This document shows positions 8,570 through 15,619 of a stretch of DNA of 20,000 nt, one piece after another. The stretch lies in IMG/VR virus record IMGVR_UViG_3300020147_000003; one strand, given 5' to 3'. Each line of letters opens with the position of its first letter. Positions within the stretch are counted from its first letter, which is position 1. Under the pieces are notes generated by a model that was not told the DNA's origin, made no database searches, and saw only the letters and a list, made by a program, of their open reading frames with translations. Origin of the DNA: an uncultured virus (IMG/VR IMGVR_UViG_3300020147_000003) (Duplodnaviria; Heunggongvirae; Uroviricota; Caudoviricetes). A program made the translations under genes and the position numbers.

Positions 8570-9166
8570 TTAAACCTTTTTCGCTTCGAGGTTAATTCCA
8601 AACAACTTTAGGAAGGCCGTCAGGCCCATTCCGCTAACTACGACGCCGAACATTCCGGCTAGATAAAGGAGCGCCTCCATGACTGTCCAACTTCCTTCAC
8701 CTTTAAATAATACGATGCCTGTACCGGTGACCAAGAGGCTGGAAAACAACAAAAGGTACCGGGTGCGAATGGTATTAAAGGCATTTTGAATTTTGCCTAC
8801 TGTTCCGGGCGGCACGTTTTTAAATAAGGACAGTAGCCTGGTTAAAATCGCCACTATGGTACCTCCAGCGGTAAACAGGGCAGCGATTTTCGCTATCCAC
8901 CACTCAACTCCCTCTTTTGTGTTTGGTAACGGTGCCCCTCGGAATTGCGCCCCGAAATCCTGGCCCAGGGCTTTGCCGCGCAAGGCCAGCGCCTTTCCTT
9001 CTTCCCCGCAGGTGTTTACCCACCGGGTAACATCTTCCAGGTATGCGCCCAAAAGGCTGTCGTTTACGATAGCCGTGCCGCTGTGTTGAATGTTTTCCGG
9101 AACCTGGGCCACGGGGGAAAACTGAAGCGTGATCAGAAAAGTGAGAAGCAAAAAATACTTTTTCAT
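8570..9166 (-). CDS. Multi-pass membrane protein with signal peptide
   Basis: MKKYFLLLTFLITLQFSPVA|Q followed by about three hydrophobic helices; motif B abuts the ATG. Confidence 0.8.
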   Translation of the reverse strand: MKKYFLLLTFLITLQFSPVAQVPENIQHSGTAIVNDSLLGAYLEDVTRWVNTCGEEGKALALRGKALGQDFGAQFRGAPLPNTKEGVEWWIAKIAALFTAGGTIVAILTRLLSLFKNVPPGTVGKIQNAFNTIRTRYLLLFSSLLVTGTGIVLFKGEGSWTVMEALLYLAGMFGVVVSGMGLTAFLKLFGINLEAKKV

Positions 9167-9182
9167 GTACCGTGTTTTTTAG
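9166..9182 (-). promoter_or_regulatory. Leader motif B, copy 2 (CTAAAAAACACGGTAC-ATG)
   Basis: 17/17 identity with 15135-15151. Confidence 0.8.
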
Positions 9183-9232
9183 AAAGTGTATCGGCTTTTC
9201 AGAAGGCAAAGCCCACCGCCAAACCATTATTT

Positions 9233-9808
9233 TTATGGGCAATTGTCAGTAAAATGGACAGTGCCGTCAATGCGAAATCCACCATAGGGTTTCATAAGAA
9301 ATTGCCGGTCAATTTCCTTGTGCGAGTAACGGGGAAAAATCGTTTCTCCGGAGTAATGGAATTCAAGGTCCTCGCCGAAAGTTGCCATGCCACCCCCGGA
9401 TTTCAGTTCGTTTAGCACGTCCTGAATTACATTCCAAATTGTCCGGCCTTTCCAGTCTGCCGGGTACACCTTTCGGAAGTCGAACCAAACCACAAGGCCC
9501 GCTTTGAATTGAAGGCTGGCCAGATCGTTCCGCCAATTGGAAACAGTCACCGGTTCTTTGGTATCCCAGAAGGAATATCCACCCAGGGAAGCCAGGTGCC
9601 TATCTGGAAGCAGGCTCAGGTAATCGCCGCTACCTTGCCCGGCTGTGAACACTGCCGGGTAATTCAGTTGCCCCTCCCCTACAAGCCGTTGTGCCTGCCC
9701 ATAGGCTTTTGTCAGCCATGGCAAACCCGCCAAACGCTCATTCAGCGCGGCAATCGCCTTGTCGACCAAGGTCGCTTCAGCGAGGGGATATGGAACTGGG
9801 TTTGTCAA
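9233..9808 (-). CDS. Probable tail completion/terminator protein
   Basis: 191 aa, positioned after the neck genes; LPWL..AYG, VWFD and QFLM.PY.GFR motifs recalled from Bacteroides siphophage structural proteins. Confidence 0.6.
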   Translation of the reverse strand: MTNPVPYPLAEATLVDKAIAALNERLAGLPWLTKAYGQAQRLVGEGQLNYPAVFTAGQGSGDYLSLLPDRHLASLGGYSFWDTKEPVTVSNWRNDLASLQFKAGLVVWFDFRKVYPADWKGRTIWNVIQDVLNELKSGGGMATFGEDLEFHYSGETIFPRYSHKEIDRQFLMKPYGGFRIDGTVHFTDNCP

Positions 9809-10179
9809 TTCTGCAATTCGTTTAAAATTGTTTCAAAAACATATTGCTGAAATCGGCACATTAACTCGTTACAGGGTTCAGCGCCAACATATTCAGCGGA
9901 TTGCTGAACAACGTGAAGGCTTTCGTGGGCAATTACGGCCAATTCGTGAGCGGTCATTTTTTTCTTTGGGGCAAAACCCAAGTAAACCGCTATTCGGTTT
10001 CTGCCGAAGTGGGCAACCAACCCATTGCAAGGCTTTTCGAAAAGACCGTCAAATTCTTTTTGGTACTCTGGCTCTAACCGGGACTGAACTTCTCTTTTGA
10101 AGGTTTCAGGCAAACCGAAGTGAACAAGTACATCAGCGCTGAGTATAGGCAGGGTGAAAATCAGGGTTTTTGTTTTCAC
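9805..10179 (-). CDS. Small putative zincin metallopeptidase-like protein
   Basis: VIAHESLHVV (HExxH) with a downstream Glu (CNEL); overlapping start/stop with both neighbours. Confidence 0.6.
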   Translation of the reverse strand: MKTKTLIFTLPILSADVLVHFGLPETFKREVQSRLEPEYQKEFDGLFEKPCNGLVAHFGRNRIAVYLGFAPKKKMTAHELAVIAHESLHVVQQSAEYVGAEPCNELMCRFQQYVFETILNELQN

Positions 10180-10433
10180 TATTCTCCCAGACTTTTCAAC
10201 TCAATCATTGCGCCCTCCAGTTCTTTTTGAAGCTGGTCTACCCTTCGATTCCTTGCCTCGCTAATGGTTTGTGCAACGATTTTAAGGACCTCGTTTTGTT
10301 GCTTGTAATTATAGTTAATCAAAAGGTGTTCGGCAAAACTTACCGCATCTTTACAATGTGGTTGAAGTACCGGGTCCGGTTTTTCTTCTCTAATGGATGG
10401 TTCATAATTGAAATTTCCGTTAAACTCACTCAT
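10179..10433 (-). CDS. Hypothetical protein, 84 aa, C-terminal coiled coil
   Basis: AT-rich leader, ATG start, stop overlapping the next start by 1 nt. Confidence 0.7.
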   Translation of the reverse strand: MSEFNGNFNYEPSIREEKPDPVLQPHCKDAVSFAEHLLINYNYKQQNEVLKIVAQTISEARNRRVDQLQKELEGAMIELKSLGE

Positions 10434-10468
10434 TTTCGGTTAATTTTTAAGTGTGAAAAATGTGTCCT

Positions 10469-10515
10469 AAAAAACCACCGAAGCCGTGTGAAATTCACTG
10501 AACGGCCCCGGTAGC
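10469..10515 (-). terminator. Intrinsic terminator after neck gene
   Basis: Minus strand GCTACCGGGGCCGT...ACGGCTTCGGTGGT (14-bp stem with G-U pairs) followed by a T run. Confidence 0.78.
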
Positions 10516-10522
10516 ATCGGTT

Positions 10523-10966
10523 TTAATTCAATAGTTTGTGTCGAACCCTTTCAGGTAGTTCAGCCCGTAACAGACCGTCAATTAGTTCTTGCTTCGAGCC
10601 ATCCGTTAAGCCGAATATTTCGGGCCCGTATTTATCTTCCAGCTTTGCGGCCTTTGGGTCGCTGTTTCCCACGGAGAATTGACCAGCTTGGCCGCCGCTT
10701 AGGAACATGGCCCGGTGAAAAGCGCCGGTGTCCTTCAGCGTTACCCGGTCGTGTGGTTGGCCCTTGGCCTTTTTTATTGCAACCGTATTTACGGAATATG
10801 CCGGAGTTATTTTTTCTCCTTCGCTGTCAATGCCGGCTTCCAATTGCGCTGTCTGAAGGTCTTCCACCATGGCAGCGTTTTCTTCAATCAGCTCGCCCAC
10901 CATTTCAGGCAAATCTTGCTTCAGGCTTTCCAGCCTTTTAATGATATGGTCAATTCCCTCTATCAT
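10523..10966 (-). CDS. Neck/virion morphogenesis protein (HK97 gp10-like)
   Basis: 147 aa with QL..G.D..G..I.P.YS..T..IKK.KGQP.DRVTLKDTG.F motif; positioned after the connector gene. Confidence 0.75.
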   Translation of the reverse strand: MIEGIDHIIKRLESLKQDLPEMVGELIEENAAMVEDLQTAQLEAGIDSEGEKITPAYSVNTVAIKKAKGQPHDRVTLKDTGAFHRAMFLSGGQAGQFSVGNSDPKAAKLEDKYGPEIFGLTDGSKQELIDGLLRAELPERVRHKLLN

Positions 10967-12264
10967 CCCGTTGCACCGTATTCAACCCCCCTTGCTTCAG
11001 CACAGGGAAGGCAGAGTTCATCAATGCCGGTTGTATCGAACTTTACCGCCGCTATCGCTTTTTCGTATGCTGCTGCCAGGCCTGTTTTATACGACCCGGA
11101 AATACCATGGGGATTGCCGTCGATCTCGTACAGGATTTCTTCTCTTTTCAGGTTATTCTTGTTCCTGTTTACCCTCGCATTGGGGTTATAGGCCATCTCC
11201 CGGAGCAGGGATTTTGCCAGGAAAAGACTAAAGGCCAGGGCGAATTTCTTCTTCTGTTCCACCACGAATTCGGTATAGTCGCAACTAACTTCGATGGCCA
11301 CATTTAGGCCGTTCGTTTTTGCGATGTACCCGATTTGGGAAGTCAGGAAAACATCACTTCCGCCAACAATAAGCGTATTTTCGATTTCATCAGCTCCTAC
11401 TCCATCGGCTTCCATCACCGGGGCGGTAAACGGATGGGCGCGGAAGTATTTGCCCCCCGGAAGTTGCCAACCAGAGCTCCATGCGGTGCGCTCGTTGGCG
11501 TCGTTATAGGCATGGCCAGCAAGTTCGTTTTGGGAGTAACAGAGGTAGTAAGCGCCCTTGCCCTCCAATTCCCACTCCACATCGAACCACTGCACGTCGC
11601 CGCCTTGGGTATAATTCAGATTTTCAGTTTTTATAGGGTTTTTGTTTCCGCTTTTATACAGGTAAAGGGTAAGGGATTGGGACTCGCTAAGGTGAAGCGA
11701 AATCTTCCGGATGGTAGCCAGAGCGCCACGGCTTCTTATTATCCGAAGCTCAATGCCCGACATATGGTCACCCGGCTTTTCGACCGTATCGCTGTTCGAC
11801 CCCGTAGATGTGTATAGCTCCTCCCTTTCTACGAGCGAGCGGATGGAACCGGCCTCGAATTTCCTTCCGGACCAATCATTAAATAATTGAGCAATTGCCC
11901 CTTTTGTCTTATTCGTCAGCCAATCGGTGAACGCCTCATTCGAATTCCATTCTTTCCAGTACTCCGAATTTGGTGGGGATTGCCCCGTGTGTGCTTTGAC
12001 GCAGTAATAGTTTTTACTGTCCTTCAATACAATGTTCCCTATGACATAGGCTTTCGCATTATCCCAGGCAGGGTAAACGAAAAGGGAAAAATCCGGGGCT
12101 ATGCTTTCCAGGTTGCTGAAAGTTAGAAGCGGGTGAACGTCGTTCATGAAAATCCCGCTGTCGGAGGTCGTCAGGCCCGTGATTTGCACCCCAGCTGGAT
12201 CTGGGTTCTGTCTCCACCCTACTAGCGGAAGGAAAGCAGTTTCGACTGTTGCAATTTTAAACAC
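10963..12264 (-). CDS. Probable head-tail connector/adaptor with CBM5/12-like insert
   Basis: GTG start, 433 aa, downstream of the capsid gene; VGW.Q, HPLLT, NPNARVNRN and terminal CLPC motifs recalled from Bacteroides phage homologues. Confidence 0.62.
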   Translation of the reverse strand: MFKIATVETAFLPLVGWRQNPDPAGVQITGLTTSDSGIFMNDVHPLLTFSNLESIAPDFSLFVYPAWDNAKAYVIGNIVLKDSKNYYCVKAHTGQSPPNSEYWKEWNSNEAFTDWLTNKTKGAIAQLFNDWSGRKFEAGSIRSLVEREELYTSTGSNSDTVEKPGDHMSGIELRIIRSRGALATIRKISLHLSESQSLTLYLYKSGNKNPIKTENLNYTQGGDVQWFDVEWELEGKGAYYLCYSQNELAGHAYNDANERTAWSSGWQLPGGKYFRAHPFTAPVMEADGVGADEIENTLIVGGSDVFLTSQIGYIAKTNGLNVAIEVSCDYTEFVVEQKKKFALAFSLFLAKSLLREMAYNPNARVNRNKNNLKREEILYEIDGNPHGISGSYKTGLAAAYEKAIAAVKFDTTGIDELCLPCAEARGVEYGATG

Positions 12265-12280
12265 GGAGGAAATTATTAAC

Positions 12281-12324
12281 AGTGAAAGAAGCGGACAAGG
12301 AGAAATTCCAAATTGTCCGCTTCT
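12281..12324 (-). terminator. Probable terminator/stabilising hairpin after capsid + lipoprotein genes
   Basis: Perfect 12-bp stem AGAAGCGGACAA/TTGTCCGCTTCT (12287-12298 / 12313-12324) ending in TTCTTTC. Confidence 0.68.
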
Positions 12325-12362
12325 CCGAAATTATTGACACACTTTTTTCTGACCGAAATTCC

Positions 12363-12884
12363 TTACGGATTATCCTCGGTAAGGAATGCGACCGTACGTA
12401 AAGCTGTGCTTTGCGTGGACGTTGGAGTAATAGTTCGCAATCGAAGTCGACCTCGTAGGATCGTACCGGAAAGCCGGGCTTTGGTAGACACCCCGTCAAT
12501 CGCGCCGGTGGTAACGTTGTACCAGTCGTTCCCCGAAAATTCCAGGCTGTTCTGAAGGAAATAAGTCGCCCCGGTCGAACCTGAAAGGCTGTCGGCGAAA
12601 AGGTCAACATGGTAGTTCATCGGCCCGAAAAAGGTTCCTATGTCATAATCGGAGGTGTCCTTGCTGGAACTGGCAGACAACGTATCGGTTTGCTTTTCAA
12701 CAAACTGGCGTACTACGTTAAGGGCATATTCAGAAGGCACTCCTTCCGTGGGAACATCGGCGGGAACTTCGACCTGGGCGGGGGCACCTGCAGCAGATCC
12801 GGTTTTTTCAGCCCCATTGAAGCAAGCCAAAAAACAAGAGGCTGCAATAAGCCCAAAAATGATAAGGAAAAGATATTTTTTCAT
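12363..12884 (-). CDS. Putative lipoprotein
   Basis: MKKYLFLIIFGLIAASC lipobox-like signal (alternative site FLAC), A/P-rich linker, beta-rich C-terminal domain. Confidence 0.72.
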   Translation of the reverse strand: MKKYLFLIIFGLIAASCFLACFNGAEKTGSAAGAPAQVEVPADVPTEGVPSEYALNVVRQFVEKQTDTLSASSSKDTSDYDIGTFFGPMNYHVDLFADSLSGSTGATYFLQNSLEFSGNDWYNVTTGAIDGVSTKARLSGTILRGRLRLRTITPTSTQSTALRTVAFLTEDNP

Positions 12885-12909
12885 CGCTAGATAATTGTGG
12901 TTAAGATTG

Positions 12910-12941
12910 AAGCACAGCTAAATTTTACTTCAGCTGTGCTT
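12910..12941 (-). other. Hairpin directly after major capsid stop
   Basis: AAGCACAGCT/AGCTGTGCTT perfect 10-bp stem with no strong U tract; likely stabilises the mRNA 3' end. Confidence 0.7.
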
Positions 12942-12949
12942 ACCAATCA

Positions 12950-14026
12950 TTAGGCTTTGGAAATATCGAACTTGATAATCGGCGTCGGAATAGTAGCAGG
13001 ATTGCTATTGTAGGTCGTGATAAAGCACACGTCGAAAGCGAAGTCGTAGACCTGGACGACGTCCCTGGTCATGTCGGCAGCATCGGCACCGCCGATATCC
13101 GTTGCGGCGTTCACCGCGCCTTCGTAGTAGTACGTACCAACTTCGATGTCCAGAAGCGGCAGGCGGACCGTACCCCATTGGTGGCCATCGGCGGTTTTGC
13201 TTCCGTACAGCGCCGGGCGCTCTACCCTGGTCATCATGCCAAGGCAGCCATCTGCGATGGCGAACCCGGTAGCGTCCTTACCCACGGCGTTGTTAATGCC
13301 GCTGGTGAAGTGGAAGAATTTACCGGCAAAAGGCAGGGTTTTGTCCTCCTGATTGAACTGGCCGAAACCTTCCATCCGGCGCATGATGCCGTCATAGTAG
13401 TTGTTTGCTACGATGTCCAGTGTGTTGATGGGCGAACCAACCTGGTTACCGTACATCCGCATCGAACGGAGCATTCCGGGAAGGTCGTGCAAAATGTAGC
13501 TGTCCTTCAGGTTTCCAATGCCGGTTTCGGACACCACGTTGCTCGCAAAGGTGTGGCCACCGGGTATTTGCGGGATAACCTGCGTTTTCGATGCATCCAT
13601 TTTGGCAATGGCCAAAGTTTCAAGGCTGTCGGAAAATCCTTCCAGCATGGAAAGGAACTTCCGCTCGAAATCCCGGAGCAACCCGATATAGTTGTTGTGA
13701 TACAGGTTCGGGTAGATGTGGAAACCGTAGGCCAGGGTGGTGAACGTGTAGGTAGCGAAGGTCGAAGTATTCTCGTCGATCGGAATCGTCAGCGGCCGGG
13801 TAGAACGGATGGTTACCCCCTTGCGGTTAATAACCGGCGTTTTCACCGTTTTGCCCATCGAGGCAAAAATTGTGTTTTTCAAATCGTCGGTGACGATGCT
13901 GCCGGGCGCCATGGTTTGGCGCTTAAAGGCATCGTAAGCTCCGAGATTGTTAATCCGGTTCTCGAACTTGTCGAGGTTCGGGTTCATGTCGATTACGTCC
14001 TGAACCCGGGACAGTATTAAAGACAT
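12950..14026 (-). CDS. Major capsid protein
   Basis: 358 aa, follows the scaffold, biased codon usage; LDKFE, TPVI, ENTS, DGH.WG...LPLL...VGTY, ADMTR and YNS.P motifs match Bacteroides siphophage capsids as I recall them. Confidence 0.88.
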   Translation of the reverse strand: MSLILSRVQDVIDMNPNLDKFENRINNLGAYDAFKRQTMAPGSIVTDDLKNTIFASMGKTVKTPVINRKGVTIRSTRPLTIPIDENTSTFATYTFTTLAYGFHIYPNLYHNNYIGLLRDFERKFLSMLEGFSDSLETLAIAKMDASKTQVIPQIPGGHTFASNVVSETGIGNLKDSYILHDLPGMLRSMRMYGNQVGSPINTLDIVANNYYDGIMRRMEGFGQFNQEDKTLPFAGKFFHFTSGINNAVGKDATGFAIADGCLGMMTRVERPALYGSKTADGHQWGTVRLPLLDIEVGTYYYEGAVNAATDIGGADAADMTRDVVQVYDFAFDVCFITTYNSNPATIPTPIIKFDISKA

Positions 14027-14104
14027 AGCAGAGAAATTTTTGAGTTAAAAAATCTTGTTGCTGAATTGCTCCGAGAATTTTCTGCTCCTCAAAAATTCTC
14101 ACTC
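14027..14104 (-). promoter_or_regulatory. Structured capsid leader containing motif A core (AGGAGCAG)
   Basis: GAGAATTTT-TGAGGAGCAG-AAAATTCTC hairpin (14073-14100) with alternative pairing to 14027-14044 next to the ATG. Confidence 0.72.
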
Positions 14105-14137
14105 GTAGTTTGGTTTGGCTTTTTCGGGGTTGTTCTT

Positions 14138-15130
14138 TTACTGTGGTGGAAGCTCGGAAACCTTATGTTCCTTCCGTAGCTCTTGAAACTTGTTATTAAA
14201 CTCCGGATGGCTGGTTGAAATCTGCTGACTCTTCAGATAGTCAAGAATCGCTTCGTCTGCTTGCACCCTAGTTTTTGCTGCCCTTACTCCGTCCAGACTG
14301 ACGCCCGTTCCGCCTCCCCCTCCGGCGCTTCCGCCATTGGTTCCGGCCCCGCCTTGCTTCCTTCCTTCGTCAATCAGGTCAACTTTTTTCAACCTGGTCA
14401 ACAAAAGTTCGGCGGGAGAGTATGGGTTTTGGAAGTTGGCAGGGTTTAATGCAATTTCGCCTGTCTCCTTGTGGCGGAATTGAATGGTTTCCTTACCATC
14501 GCTACCCTTAACCAATTCCGGAACGTATTCCTGCAGGATGGCGGCTTTCGAAGAGTTCACCAGTTCTGTAGCTGCGGCTTCAGGATAAACGGAGCGGAAT
14601 TTTACCCCCTGAAGGGCCTGGGCAAAAGCAAAGTCAGTTTTCATTTTCACGAATTCCTGGTCTTTTGCTTTCAAGGCGTCCTCTTGCGCCTTGGATAATT
14701 CCCCGACCTTTCCCTGGAGTTTCTTGTTCTGGGCTTCCATGTCCCTAACCAACTGCTCGGTGGTTTCCAACTTCTTTTTTAATACCGCGTCTGCGGTACC
14801 TTCGGCAATCTGCTTTTTCAGGTTTTCGACTTCCTCTTTTGCTCTTTTGAGGTCATCGCTATTGCCAGCTTTTTCAGCAGTGGTTTTGTACTCTTCGAGG
14901 ACCGACTTCATAAATTCATAAGTCTTTACCTTTTCCGGTCTCTCCTTGCCGGTAATGGATTTTATGTCCTCGTCGAAGCGACGGTAGATTTCACCCGTTT
15001 GGGTATCAATCTCCTTTTTGACGTCCACTTTTAACTGGTTATTACCCAGTTCGATGACAGCGTTCACCACTTCATCGGTGAGAGAGGCCAACACAGGATT
15101 GGCCTTGATAATTTCGGCTGTGAAAGGCAT
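14138..15130 (-). CDS. Capsid scaffolding protein
   Basis: K/E-rich coiled coil, Gly-rich linker and short C-terminal helical domain; immediately upstream of the capsid gene. Confidence 0.8.
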   Translation of the reverse strand: MPFTAEIIKANPVLASLTDEVVNAVIELGNNQLKVDVKKEIDTQTGEIYRRFDEDIKSITGKERPEKVKTYEFMKSVLEEYKTTAEKAGNSDDLKRAKEEVENLKKQIAEGTADAVLKKKLETTEQLVRDMEAQNKKLQGKVGELSKAQEDALKAKDQEFVKMKTDFAFAQALQGVKFRSVYPEAAATELVNSSKAAILQEYVPELVKGSDGKETIQFRHKETGEIALNPANFQNPYSPAELLLTRLKKVDLIDEGRKQGGAGTNGGSAGGGGGTGVSLDGVRAAKTRVQADEAILDYLKSQQISTSHPEFNNKFQELRKEHKVSELPPQ

Positions 15131-15134
15131 GTTG

Positions 15135-15151
15135 TGTACCGTGTTTTTTAG
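15135..15151 (-). promoter_or_regulatory. Leader motif B, copy 3
   Basis: CTAAAAAACACGGTACA, ending 4 nt before the scaffold ATG. Confidence 0.8.
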
Positions 15152-15178
15152 TGAAAAAAGTGTTTCTGTTTTTTCCCG

Positions 15179-15619
15179 TTAAATCAGTTTCCGGTCTTTC
15201 AGAATGGAAAGGTATTGCTGGTTAATCTTAGGCTCCGTACACCCATTCGGAAGGTGCAACACCTTCACAACGTAGAGGCCCAGATGCTCCAGTACCGTTT
15301 TTTCATCCTCCGGATCCAAGCGGCGCGCTTGGCCTTCCCAGTCAACCCGGTTGGTGACGTGCTTCCGGGGTTTGTGAATTACTTCCCCCGTATCGGCATG
15401 GAACCCAGGTTCCCAGACGATGACAGCAACCGTATCCTTGCCGTATTCCTCGCCGGCAGCCGCCGGCGTAACTTCATCCGTAACAGGCGGAATTGCATCG
15501 GCTGTGTCAGTACCGATACCATTATCCGGCGCTTGCTGGTCAATTAACCCCAACCCCGGCGCTTGCTGGTTCTCCCCTTCGTTCAGGGGGTTCTGCTCGT
15601 TGGATTTTTTCTTCGACAT
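15179..15619 (-). CDS. Conserved phage head-region hypothetical protein
   Basis: Acidic disordered N-terminus plus compact C-terminal domain; between portal and scaffold; overlaps the portal end by 80 nt. Confidence 0.75.
   Translation of the reverse strand: MSKKKSNEQNPLNEGENQQAPGLGLIDQQAPDNGIGTDTADAIPPVTDEVTPAAAGEEYGKDTVAVIVWEPGFHADTGEVIHKPRKHVTNRVDWEGQARRLDPEDEKTVLEHLGLYVVKVLHLPNGCTEPKINQQYLSILKDRKLI

Noticed and set aside
13178..14020. 280-aa plus-strand ORF
   Set aside because: Antisense shadow of the codon-biased capsid gene; no promoter or protein-like motif.
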